A DNA stretch of 64,000 nt from a virus, in the IMG/VR virus record IMGVR_UViG_3300029705_000062. The stretch is one strand, 5' to 3'. The translations under genes were made by a program, and so were the position numbers. Below are positions 20,156-28,708 of the stretch, piece after piece. Position 1 is the first letter of the stretch, and the number at the start of each line of letters is the position of its first letter. The notes under the pieces are model-generated. The model saw only the letters and a program-made list of their open reading frames with translations, ran no database searches and was not told the DNA's origin.

Positions 20156-22111
20156 ATGTCAAAAATGAAATCAATAAGAGAAATAGAAATGGAAAGAGCA
20201 ACTGAGCCTAATTTTGGAAAAGGTATAACTGTTGCTTCAGGATTTGACTTAGGAGCTAAAGCACCACTTGATTCTAGGCTTACTGTAAAAACGATAGAGG
20301 AAAGAGATGCTCATGTAACTGGAAACAGAAGTTATGAGGGGATGCTAGTTTTTGTAGAAGCTGACAAGAAAACTTATCAATTAATAGATGGAGCTTGGGA
20401 AGAATTTGGATTCAATGAAGAGAAATTCCAAGCAGGTGTTAAAGATATAGTTGATAAAAACGTTGAGCAAGATGAAAGATTAACTACTTTAGAAGGTTTA
20501 GTTGTAGGTGGCGAAGGAGAAGGTTTAAGTGCTGTAATAGAAGATGTTGCTAAAAACAAAGCTAATATATCTGAATTACAAACTGGATTAGCAGGAGAAA
20601 TATCTGCTAGAGAATCTGCTGATACTTTAATAAATGCAGAAATATCTAAAAATAAAGCTAATATAACTAACTTACAAGAAGGATTAGCTCAAGAAATATT
20701 AGACAGAGAAACTGCTGAAGCTTCAATAAGAGAAGAATTAGGTGAAAAAGCTGACCAAGTTGATTTACAAGCTGAGATAACTAGAGCAACTGGTGTTGAA
20801 CAAGGATTAAACACTAGATTAACTGCTGTTGAAGGTAAAGTGGATGAAAATGAAGCTAAGATAGAAGCTAACACTCAAGCTATAGCTGAGGAAGTTGCTA
20901 ATAGAAAAACAGAAATAGCTAGAGTTGAAGGATTAGTTTCTGCTGAAAGACAAAGAGCTGAAGGTGTTGAACAAGGTCTTCAAACTGCTATAGAAGGAAA
21001 AGTTTCTAAAGAAGACTTTAATGCTGAACAAAGTAGAGTAAATGTTGAATTAGGTAAGAAAGCTACTAAAGAAGAATTTGTGGCAGAACAAGAAAAAGTG
21101 GAAGGACAATTTGAACAAGTTCAATCTACTCTTGAAGGTCATAGTGGATTAATAGATACAGTTACTGCTTTAGCTCAAGAAAACAAAGAAAATAAAGCTG
21201 ATAAAACTCAAGTTGCTACAGATATAGCTACTGGTGTTGCTCAAGCTAAAGGTTATGCTGATGAAAAATTAGTTGAAGCAAAAACTTATGCAGATGCTAA
21301 ATTAGTAGAAGGGAAAGAATACACTGATGAAGAAATAGTTAAAGTTAATGCTACTATAACTGATTTAGATTCAGCTTATAAATTAGCTGATGCTCAAATA
21401 CTAGCAGATGCTAAAGCTCATGCTAACAAGGCTGTTGCTGACTTAGTGGACAACGCTCCTGAAACAATGGATACTTTAAAAGAATTAGCAGATGCTATCA
21501 CAAACCACGAAGATGCATATGGTTCTTTATTAGAAACAGTTGGTAAGAAAGCTAACAGTTCAGATGTTTACACTAAAGATGAAGTAGAAGTAATAAAATC
21601 AGGATTAGAAACTGCTGTAGCAAAAGTTGAATCTGATTACAAATCTGCTGATTTAGCTTTAGATGGAAGATTAACTGCTGTTGAAGGTATAACAAGTGGT
21701 GTAGGTGCAATACGTTCTGAACTAGATAAAGCTAAGGAAGATATAGTTGCTAACACTAATGAAATAGAAGGATGTAAGCAATCTATAGAAGTTAATGCTA
21801 CTGCAATAGCAAAAGAAGTTCAAGATAGAGCTAAAGCTGACTTAGAACTTGATGGGAAAATAACTGCTGAAAGAGAAAGAGCAGAAGGTGTTGAAGCTAA
21901 CTTAGATGGAAGATTAGCTACAGTAGAATCTGACTTAGGAAAAGCTAAGGGAGATATAGTTGCTAATGCTAATGCAATATCTCAAGAAACTGCTAACAGA
22001 GAAGAAGCTATAAACACAATAAATGCAAAAATAGATAACATGATGCCTGTGGCTGGATCAGTTCAACCTGTTGACAGATTAGAAGGTCATATATGGATAG
22101 AAATACTTTAA
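20156..22111 (+). CDS. Coiled-coil tail fibre protein
   Basis: RBS aagggggac. Repeats AE[RQ][EQ]RAEGVE..L and R[LT]TAVEG. Carries the fibre motif VDNAPETMDTLKELADAI. Confidence 0.65.
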   Translation: MSKMKSIREIEMERATEPNFGKGITVASGFDLGAKAPLDSRLTVKTIEERDAHVTGNRSYEGMLVFVEADKKTYQLIDGAWEEFGFNEEKFQAGVKDIVDKNVEQDERLTTLEGLVVGGEGEGLSAVIEDVAKNKANISELQTGLAGEISARESADTLINAEISKNKANITNLQEGLAQEILDRETAEASIREELGEKADQVDLQAEITRATGVEQGLNTRLTAVEGKVDENEAKIEANTQAIAEEVANRKTEIARVEGLVSAERQRAEGVEQGLQTAIEGKVSKEDFNAEQSRVNVELGKKATKEEFVAEQEKVEGQFEQVQSTLEGHSGLIDTVTALAQENKENKADKTQVATDIATGVAQAKGYADEKLVEAKTYADAKLVEGKEYTDEEIVKVNATITDLDSAYKLADAQILADAKAHANKAVADLVDNAPETMDTLKELADAITNHEDAYGSLLETVGKKANSSDVYTKDEVEVIKSGLETAVAKVESDYKSADLALDGRLTAVEGITSGVGAIRSELDKAKEDIVANTNEIEGCKQSIEVNATAIAKEVQDRAKADLELDGKITAERERAEGVEANLDGRLATVESDLGKAKGDIVANANAISQETANREEAINTINAKIDNMMPVAGSVQPVDRLEGHIWIEIL

Positions 22112-22130
22112 TAAGTAATGATTAACATTA

Positions 22131-22166
22131 AAATGGAGTTAATATAATTTAACTCCATTTTTTATT
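22131..22166 (+). terminator. Rho-independent terminator
   Basis: aaatggagttaa-tataat-ttaactccattt followed by tttatt. Confidence 0.7.
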
Positions 22167-22218
22167 AAGTATATAGTTTTTATTAAGTATATACTTAATA
22201 GGAATTATATACTTAATA
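22163..22218. promoter_or_regulatory. Nested palindrome / operator-like array upstream of fibre gene 22258
   Basis: Perfect 20-bp palindrome tattaagtatatacttaata (22181-22200). It is flanked by the half-sites tattaagtat (22163-72) and atacttaata (22209-18). Confidence 0.5.
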
Positions 22219-22257
22219 AAAATGTTTTTTAATTAAAATCTAAGATAGGAGGTTGTT

Positions 22258-24156
22258 ATGGCTATATTGAATGGTAAATATAGAGTTAAAAATTCTAAAA
22301 ATGATTATGATATAGTGTACTTAGAAACAGGTGCAAATCAAGTTAAGTTTAATGATGGAAAAACATTTCAAGAAAAATTAGAAGATGGAACTTTAAAAGG
22401 AGATAAAGGTGACAAGGGTGATACTGGTATAACTCCAACTATAAAAGCAGGTAGTGTAACAACAGGAAGTTCAGGATCAAGTGCAACAGTAACCGCAAGT
22501 ACAGTAGGAACTACAACTACATTTAATTTTGTAATTCCACAAGGTATTAAAGGAGATACTGGTGCAAAAGGAGATAAAGGAGACCAAGGTATACAAGGTG
22601 TTAAAGGAGATAAGGGTGATAAGGGAGAAGATGGTTTAACTACTTCTATTACTGTTGGCTCAACAAAGTATACACACTCTAATGGTAATATAACTATTCC
22701 TGCTTATCCTACATTATCTTCTTTAGGAGCTTCTGCATCTTCTCATACTCACAGTCAATATGAAAATCAAAATGCATTTTCTAGTGTGAAAGTTGGTTCA
22801 ACAACAGTGACTGCTGATAGTCCTACAGATACTATAGAATTAAAAGCAGGTTCAAATATAACTTTAACTCCTGATAGTACAAATGATGCTATAACAATAG
22901 CTGTTAATGGTATGACTGTTACAAGTTCTGAAAAATCTGATTGGAATGCTAAGGAAACTACATCAGGTTCTCAAGCTAAGGCAGACAAAGCTAAGTCAGA
23001 TGCAATATCTTCTGCTAAATCTTATACAGATGAAAAGGTTGCACAATTTATTGATTCTGCTCCTGAGACATTAGATACACTAAATGAACTTGCTAAGGCT
23101 CTTGGCAATGACCCTAATTTTGCTACTACAGTAGCAACTCAAATAGGTACTAAAGCAGATACTTCTTATGTAAATACTGAATTAGATAAAAAAGCAAATG
23201 CTTCACATGGAACTCATGTAACTTACTCAACAACTGCTCCTTTATCTAATGGAACAGCATCTGTAGGTACATCAGGAAGTGTTTCTAGAGGAGACCATGT
23301 TCATCCACTTCAAACAACGGTATCAGGAAATGCAGGTACAGCTACTACATTACAAACTGCAAGAACTATTAATGGAACAAGTTTCAACGGTAGTGCTAAC
23401 ATTACTACTGCAAACTGGGGAACTGCTAGAAATATAACAATAGGAAATGCAACAAAATCTGTAAATGGTTCAGGAAATGTTTCTTGGACATTGGCTGAAA
23501 TAGGAGCTTCATCTACATCAGTGGCTACTACTTCTGCAAATGGTTTAATGTCCGCACAGGATAAAACTAAGTTAGATTCAATAGCTACAAATTCTCAATT
23601 TAAAATAACAGTTGCATCAAGCTCTTGGACTACTGACGGTTCACTTTACAGTACAACAATCAAACACAACTTAAATAAAGAGGTTCTTTATGTAAGTGCT
23701 TATGATTCAAGTTCAAAGAAGAGTATATTTGTTTCTTATACAATAACAGATAACAACTCTTTAAAAGTTACAGTTGAAAGTGCTATAAATGCGGTTATAA
23801 CTATTGTTGTTGAAGGTGGATTGGTAAATCTTGCAGGAGGAGGAATAAGTGACTCTACTGTTTCTGCTACTAGCACTTGGTCAAGTACAAAAATAGAAAG
23901 TGCAATGAGTGGACTTGTTAAAGACGGTACAACTAGCCAAAAAGGTATCGTACAATTATCTTCGGCAATTAATAGTACAAGTACAACATTAGGTGCAACT
24001 GCAAGTGCTGTAAAACTTGCTTATGATTTAGCTAATACAGCTAACAATTTAGCTAATACAGTTAATAATTCAACTAATAATCAACGTACAATAACAATGT
24101 CTACTGCTGACCCTTCAGGAGGTAAGGACGGAGATATATGGTTTAAATATGAATAA
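22258..24156 (+). CDS. Collagen-like tail fibre protein
   Basis: RBS taggaggt. G-X-Y runs (GDKGDKGDTG; GIKGDTGAKGDKGDQGIQGVKGDKGDKGEDG). Also carries IDSAPETLDTLNELAKALGNDPNF and a C-terminal GIVQLSSAINSTSTTLGATASAVKLAYDLA. Confidence 0.75.
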   Translation: MAILNGKYRVKNSKNDYDIVYLETGANQVKFNDGKTFQEKLEDGTLKGDKGDKGDTGITPTIKAGSVTTGSSGSSATVTASTVGTTTTFNFVIPQGIKGDTGAKGDKGDQGIQGVKGDKGDKGEDGLTTSITVGSTKYTHSNGNITIPAYPTLSSLGASASSHTHSQYENQNAFSSVKVGSTTVTADSPTDTIELKAGSNITLTPDSTNDAITIAVNGMTVTSSEKSDWNAKETTSGSQAKADKAKSDAISSAKSYTDEKVAQFIDSAPETLDTLNELAKALGNDPNFATTVATQIGTKADTSYVNTELDKKANASHGTHVTYSTTAPLSNGTASVGTSGSVSRGDHVHPLQTTVSGNAGTATTLQTARTINGTSFNGSANITTANWGTARNITIGNATKSVNGSGNVSWTLAEIGASSTSVATTSANGLMSAQDKTKLDSIATNSQFKITVASSSWTTDGSLYSTTIKHNLNKEVLYVSAYDSSSKKSIFVSYTITDNNSLKVTVESAINAVITIVVEGGLVNLAGGGISDSTVSATSTWSSTKIESAMSGLVKDGTTSQKGIVQLSSAINSTSTTLGATASAVKLAYDLANTANNLANTVNNSTNNQRTITMSTADPSGGKDGDIWFKYE

Positions 24157-24167
24157 AGAGGTGAAAT

Positions 24168-25073
24168 ATGAGCATAAGTGCAACATTTACAAATAATCCT
24201 ATATATAACTTTGACTATACTGGCACACAGCAAGAGTTTATTGCTCCTTATAATGGAACATATCAATTAGAGGTATGGGGTGCTGAAGGTGGTAACAGAA
24301 GTGGTACTGCTTCAGGTGGAAAAGGAGGATATTCTTGTGGTCAAATTAATCTTAAAAAAGGAGATATTCTTTATATCTATGTAGGTGGAAATGGTAATGA
24401 CGGTAAAGGTTATAATGGAGGAGGTCAGGTTGGCTCTACTGCTGTATATGGCGGTGGTGGCACTGACATAAGAAAAGACGGTACTGAATTAGCCAACCGT
24501 ATAATCGTAGCAGGGGGAGGAGGCTCTGTTGGAGCTTCATATAATGCAGGTGCTTACGGTGGAGGTACTACAGGTGGTTCTGCTTCTGATGGATATGGTA
24601 CTGGTGGTGGCGGTGCAACTCAGACCGCAGGTGGGTCAGGTTATTCAGTTTATCCAGCTTCCATAGGTTCTCTTGGAAAAGGTGGAAATGGTTATTATGC
24701 TTCATCTGGTTACGGAGGAGCAGGAGGAGGGGGCTACTACGGTGGTGGTGGTGTCTATCCTGATTCATCAGTAGATGATGATAGAGGTGGAGGAGGAGGT
24801 TCAGGGTATATTAATACTTCTGTACTTTCGGTTGCTTCAACTAAAGCTGGTAATACATCTATCCCAACTACAGGTACAAATCTAACTGGCTCAACAATAG
24901 GAAGGTCAGGTCATGGTAGTTGTAGAATAATATTAGTAACAAAGGAAACAACTCCTGTATATATAAATGTAAATGGAACATGGAAAGAAGCTGTTACATA
25001 TATAAATGTAAATGGAACATGGAAAGAAACAACTCCACAAATAAATGTAAATGAAACATGGAAAAATTTATAA
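24168..25073 (+). CDS. Glycine-rich domain protein (tail-fibre-associated)
   Basis: YTGTQQEFIAPYNGTYQLEVWGAEGG..GGKGGY.. followed by long G-rich tracts. The C-terminus has three YINVNGTWKE repeats (39-nt period from 24960). Confidence 0.55.
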   Translation: MSISATFTNNPIYNFDYTGTQQEFIAPYNGTYQLEVWGAEGGNRSGTASGGKGGYSCGQINLKKGDILYIYVGGNGNDGKGYNGGGQVGSTAVYGGGGTDIRKDGTELANRIIVAGGGGSVGASYNAGAYGGGTTGGSASDGYGTGGGGATQTAGGSGYSVYPASIGSLGKGGNGYYASSGYGGAGGGGYYGGGGVYPDSSVDDDRGGGGGSGYINTSVLSVASTKAGNTSIPTTGTNLTGSTIGRSGHGSCRIILVTKETTPVYINVNGTWKEAVTYINVNGTWKETTPQINVNETWKNL

Positions 25074-25091
25074 AATTTTAATGTAATTACG

Positions 25092-25131
25092 ATATTTATT
25101 TAGCAATATTAATATATTGCTAAATAAATAT
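25092..25131 (+). terminator. Perfect 18-bp-stem hairpin; 5' boundary of the CXXX/rSAM cassette
   Basis: atatttatttagcaatat-taat-atattgctaaataaatat. There is no clear T-run. Confidence 0.45.
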
Positions 25132-25163
25132 TAAATAAATATTAGCACTAGGAGGGATATAAA

Positions 25164-25337
25164 TTGTTATCTGAAACTATGATGACTAAATTAAAAAATG
25201 TTCCCAGTAATCTTAATTCTAAAATAACAGAATTAAATAACAAATTAGCAACTTTAGAAAGCAAAGCAAAATCTATTTCCCATACAGAAGAGGAGGTAAT
25301 TAATAATGCTAGGGTCTACGATTCAAGAAAAAGTTAA
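25164..25337 (+). CDS. Small protein (57 aa; TTG at 25164 or ATG at 25179), below the track cutoff
   Basis: RBS aggaggg. Encodes ..MMTKLKNVPSNLNSKITELNNKLATLESKAKSISHTEEEVINNARVYDSRKS. The N-terminus resembles that of the next ORF. Confidence 0.45.
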   Translation: MLSETMMTKLKNVPSNLNSKITELNNKLATLESKAKSISHTEEEVINNARVYDSRKS

Positions 25338-25536
25338 GAATTTGCCTACTAATACAAACAGCACTATAAGTAGTATGGAAACAAGAATAAACACTATATC
25401 CACAGATGTTGATAATGGCAAAAACGCAATAGCTTCTGCTATCACTTCAAAGGGAACAAGTGCTAGTGGTTCAGAAACTTTTGACGAATTAGCTACTAAA
25501 ATAAGAAACATGCAAAGTGGTGCTGTTTTTTCGTAA
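25306..25536 (+). CDS. Small protein (76 aa), function unknown
   Basis: RBS gaggagg 8 nt upstream. Encodes ..KVKNLPTNTNSTISSMETRI..AIASAITSKGTSASGSETFDELATKIRNM. Confidence 0.55.
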   Translation: MLGSTIQEKVKNLPTNTNSTISSMETRINTISTDVDNGKNAIASAITSKGTSASGSETFDELATKIRNMQSGAVFS

Positions 25537-25568
25537 AAATAAAGTAAATATAGAAAGGGTGTTTGTAT

Positions 25569-26315
25569 ATGGCAACAATAGATTATAATGCTCAAAATTT
25601 TATAGATATGAAGCAACGTATAAAAAATGAAGTTAATAGAAGACAGTATACAGGCTCGATAACTTCATATGGAACAGCAACTTATGACTATACAGTAACT
25701 CCTGTTAAAGGGAATAAAGTTCTTGTTGAACATTATAATAAAATAGCTACTCCATTAAGAGCTATTAATCCTGATGGAATAATTGAATCAGCAAAAGTAG
25801 GTGATGATGTAAGTACTGTTACTACACCAACAGAATTAGATGCAAGAATAACTTTATATGCTTCTAAATCACTTACAGCTTCATCTTCTAATACAGGTTG
25901 TGCTACAAGTTGCACAGGACTGTGTTCAACTGCTTGTACAGGAACTTGCTCAGGCGGATGTAGTGGGAGCTGTACTGGAACTTGTAGTGGAACTTGTTCA
26001 GGAGGATGTACTGGATGTAGTGGATGTGGAGGTTCTTGTTCATATAATTGTTCAGGAACTTGCTCAGGAAGTTGTTCAGATGCATGTACTGGGTGCAGTG
26101 GGTGTAGTGGAACTTGTTCAGGAACATGTACAGGATGTTCAGGTGGGTGTACTGGTCAATGTACTGGTGGATGTGGAGGTTCTTGTTCAGGAGCTTGTTG
26201 GGGTTCTTGTGGCGGAGCTTGTGCAAATGGATGTTCAACAGGATGTGGTAACTCTTGTTCAGGAGCTTGTTGGGGTTCAGGTGGAAAAGGAGTTACACAA
26301 TTTAAAGTAAAATAA
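25569..26315 (+). CDS. CXXX-repeat cysteine-rich protein; putative radical-SAM substrate
   Basis: ATG 7 nt after gaaagggtg. A ~110-aa unique N-domain is followed by a 124-aa tract with 33 Cys at CXXX/CXX spacing, where X is G/S/T/A. Confidence 0.8.
   Translation: MATIDYNAQNFIDMKQRIKNEVNRRQYTGSITSYGTATYDYTVTPVKGNKVLVEHYNKIATPLRAINPDGIIESAKVGDDVSTVTTPTELDARITLYASKSLTASSSNTGCATSCTGLCSTACTGTCSGGCSGSCTGTCSGTCSGGCTGCSGCGGSCSYNCSGTCSGSCSDACTGCSGCSGTCSGTCTGCSGGCTGQCTGGCGGSCSGACWGSCGGACANGCSTGCGNSCSGACWGSGGKGVTQFKVK
25899..26270 (+). repeat. Imperfect 12-nt (some 9-nt) periodic coding repeat encoding the Cys ladder
   Basis: tg[tc]-[at]c[at]-gg[at]-[ag][gc]t units. The repeat also produces spurious long ORFs in other frames. 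Confidence 0.85.
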
Positions 26316-26326
26316 GGGGGTATAAT

Positions 26327-26881
26327 ATGAAAGATGATTTTAATAGATATTTAAAATCTGCAAATCACAGAGTTGATATTGTAAGATATCTTCGAGGTGG
26401 AGAAAAAGATGAAACAGTGTTAAGAGAAATATTAGAAAATTTAAAAGCTTCGTCTATAACTGAGTATGAAGTTCATACATTTATAACTGAGTTAATAACA
26501 GTTCATTTAGAAGATGTTAATGTAGATACACTTTATATGTTCTTTAGAATATTAAATGAAGTATTTGGATATGAACTAGATGCTGATAAATATGTTTATA
26601 TGTCTATGTTATATATAGAATATCCTAAAATACCTAAGAAATTAAGTAAGAGTGATATAGATTCATTGTCAGATATTTTTAATGATGGTGATTTTATAAA
26701 TTCTTGTAAACCAAGATTATTAATGTCTTTTTCTTCTCTTTATTTAGAAATTCTTCTAAATAGTGGAAAAGATTATGAAGAAATGGCAAAGATAAGTGCA
26801 ATTTTAAGAAATGCTCATACAGTTATGATGAATGAAGAAAAAAAATTAGTTAAAGAACTATCAGAAAATTTACAAAAGTAA
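26327..26881 (+). CDS. Cassette protein (184 aa), helical, function unknown
   Basis: RBS aaggggg, 11 nt after the Cys-rich gene. Confidence 0.6.
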   Translation: MKDDFNRYLKSANHRVDIVRYLRGGEKDETVLREILENLKASSITEYEVHTFITELITVHLEDVNVDTLYMFFRILNEVFGYELDADKYVYMSMLYIEYPKIPKKLSKSDIDSLSDIFNDGDFINSCKPRLLMSFSSLYLEILLNSGKDYEEMAKISAILRNAHTVMMNEEKKLVKELSENLQK

Positions 26882-26901
26882 AAAAATGTGAGAGGTTGAA
26901 A

Positions 26902-27234
26902 ATGAAAAATAAAATATATATAAAAATAGATGAAATCACTTGTGGATATATTCAATATCTTAATCACAGGGTTAATGGATATAAAGAAGTATTAACAGAG
27001 GTTATATCTAATAAAAGATTTGGTTTAAAAATAGATGAAAAACTATTTGAAATGTACAATGACCTTTATGTAAAGTATTATACTGAATTTCAGACAACAA
27101 AGGATGTTTTAATAGAGGAATTATTCCCTGTTAAAAACAGAAAAAAAGATACTATGTATATGTATACTATAGATTATATAAGCAATGAGCTAATAATAGA
27201 GGAAGTGAGGGATTTACATGAGACTAAAAGGTAA
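26902..27234 (+). CDS. Small cassette protein translationally coupled to the rSAM gene; candidate CXXX-repeat modification-system accessory protein
   Basis: ATG 6 nt after gagagg (the track TTG is at 26896). Its end overlaps the rSAM gene by 17 nt. Confidence 0.5.
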   Translation: MKNKIYIKIDEITCGYIQYLNHRVNGYKEVLTEVISNKRFGLKIDEKLFEMYNDLYVKYYTEFQTTKDVLIEELFPVKNRKKDTMYMYTIDYISNELIIEEVRDLHETKR

Positions 27235-28564
27235 AACTACTTCATTTCAAGACTCTATATTTGCTATAGAAGTTGCAAAAAATATTTTCTTAGGTGAAAA
27301 AGCAGATGATAGAACAGTAAGAGTAGTTACATTTCAATTAACAGAAAGATGTAACTTAGCTTGTACTTACTGTTATCAAATTGCAAAGACACCTAAAGTA
27401 ATGGATTTTGAAACAGCAAAAAGATTTATAGATATGTTAGTTAAAGATAGTTATGACAAAGATTCTGTTGTATCTATCTTTAATACTAATGGTTTAATAA
27501 TTGAATTTATAGGCGGAGAGCCACTTTTAGAAATTGAGTTAATGGATAAAATAACAGATTATTTTAGAAAAGTTTTAATAGAAAAAAATCATCCTTGGCT
27601 TATCAATTTTAGAATAAGTATGATTTCTAACGGAGTTCTTTATTTTAAACCTGAGCTCCAAAATTACATCAAGAAAAATAGGTCTATATTGAGCTTTTCA
27701 ATATCATTAGACGGTTGTAAAGAGTTACATGACAAATGTAGAATTTTCCATAACGGAGAAGGTTCTTATGATATAGTAGAAGAAGCATGTTTACACTATA
27801 TGAATAACTATGACCATGAAATGACTACAAAGATGACATTTGCTCCTGAGAATGTTGATTATGCATATGATGCAATAGTAAATCTTATTAATTTAGGGTA
27901 TAAGACGATATATTGTAACCCAGTATATGAGAATGTATGGAGTGATGAACACCCAAAAGTATATTATAACAATTTAAAAAAGGTTGCAGATTTTCTAATA
28001 GAAAATAAACTTTATGAAACAGTTGAGATAAGTGCTTTTGATAAATCTCTCTTTGGGAAAATAGACCTTAAAGCTGATAACAGAAATTACTGTGGTTCAA
28101 CTGGTAGTATGATATCTCTTGACTGTGAAGGAAACATATATCCATGTATAAGGTTTATGAAATCTTCATTAGGAGACGGAGTAAAACCTTTTACAATAGG
28201 AAGTATAGATAAAGGTATAGGAAAGTTGCCTAAGTATAGAAATAATATAAATATATTAGACAGCATTACACTAACATCTCAGTCAACAGATGAATGTATT
28301 AATTGTAATATAAATAGTGGTTGTGGTTGGTGTACTGCTTACAACTATCAAGAAACAGGCTCTCCAAATAAAAGAGTTGTAAGTATATGTGGTCTACATA
28401 AAGCTAGAGCATTAGCAAATGTTTATTATTGGAATAGTATCTATAATAAAGAAGGGGTTAATGATGTTTTCAAAATAAATATGAATAAAGATGACATTGT
28501 AAATATAGTTGGAGAAACAGAAGCTGAAAATTTAATAAATTGCCAAGAACTCTTGCGACTTTAG
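27218..28564 (+). CDS. Radical SAM / SPASM-domain peptide-protein maturase
   Basis: CNLACTYC (CX3CX2C) near the N-terminus. C-terminal Cys clusters are CGSTGSMISLDCEGNIYPC, CINCNINSGCGWC and CGLH. Confidence 0.8.
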   Translation: MRLKGKTTSFQDSIFAIEVAKNIFLGEKADDRTVRVVTFQLTERCNLACTYCYQIAKTPKVMDFETAKRFIDMLVKDSYDKDSVVSIFNTNGLIIEFIGGEPLLEIELMDKITDYFRKVLIEKNHPWLINFRISMISNGVLYFKPELQNYIKKNRSILSFSISLDGCKELHDKCRIFHNGEGSYDIVEEACLHYMNNYDHEMTTKMTFAPENVDYAYDAIVNLINLGYKTIYCNPVYENVWSDEHPKVYYNNLKKVADFLIENKLYETVEISAFDKSLFGKIDLKADNRNYCGSTGSMISLDCEGNIYPCIRFMKSSLGDGVKPFTIGSIDKGIGKLPKYRNNINILDSITLTSQSTDECINCNINSGCGWCTAYNYQETGSPNKRVVSICGLHKARALANVYYWNSIYNKEGVNDVFKINMNKDDIVNIVGETEAENLINCQELLRL

Positions 28565-28652
28565 TCGAGGGTAGTTCACTAAAACTTATGGGGAATATAT
28601 AAAATAAATTTTGAAAATTAAGTTGATTATATCAATTTTAAGATAAAATGGA

Positions 28653-28683
28653 AAGGACTGATATATCTTTTATATCAGTCCTT
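28653..28683 (+). terminator. 13-bp-stem hairpin; 3' boundary of the cassette
   Basis: aaggactgatata-tcttt-tatatcagtcctt. The T-run is weak. Confidence 0.45.
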
Positions 28684-28708
28684 AAATTATATGATTTAAG
28701 GGGGTATT

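Noticed and set aside
19190-24156. Diversity-generating retroelement or invertible shufflon acting on the fibre genes
   Set aside because: No reverse transcriptase, template/variable repeat pair, invertase or inverted fibre-gene fragments are visible in the window.
24568-24768. His-rich antisense ORF inside the glycine-rich gene
   Set aside because: It is the complement of GGN-rich codons. It has no RBS and is antisense to a well-supported gene.
25858-26310. Long ORFs 25858..26310 (+) and 25903..26238 (-) overlapping the Cys-rich gene
   Set aside because: They are artefacts of the 12-nt periodic repeat, which keeps alternative frames open. They have no RBS and their composition is monotonous (V/L/Q/E or H/N/L/K).
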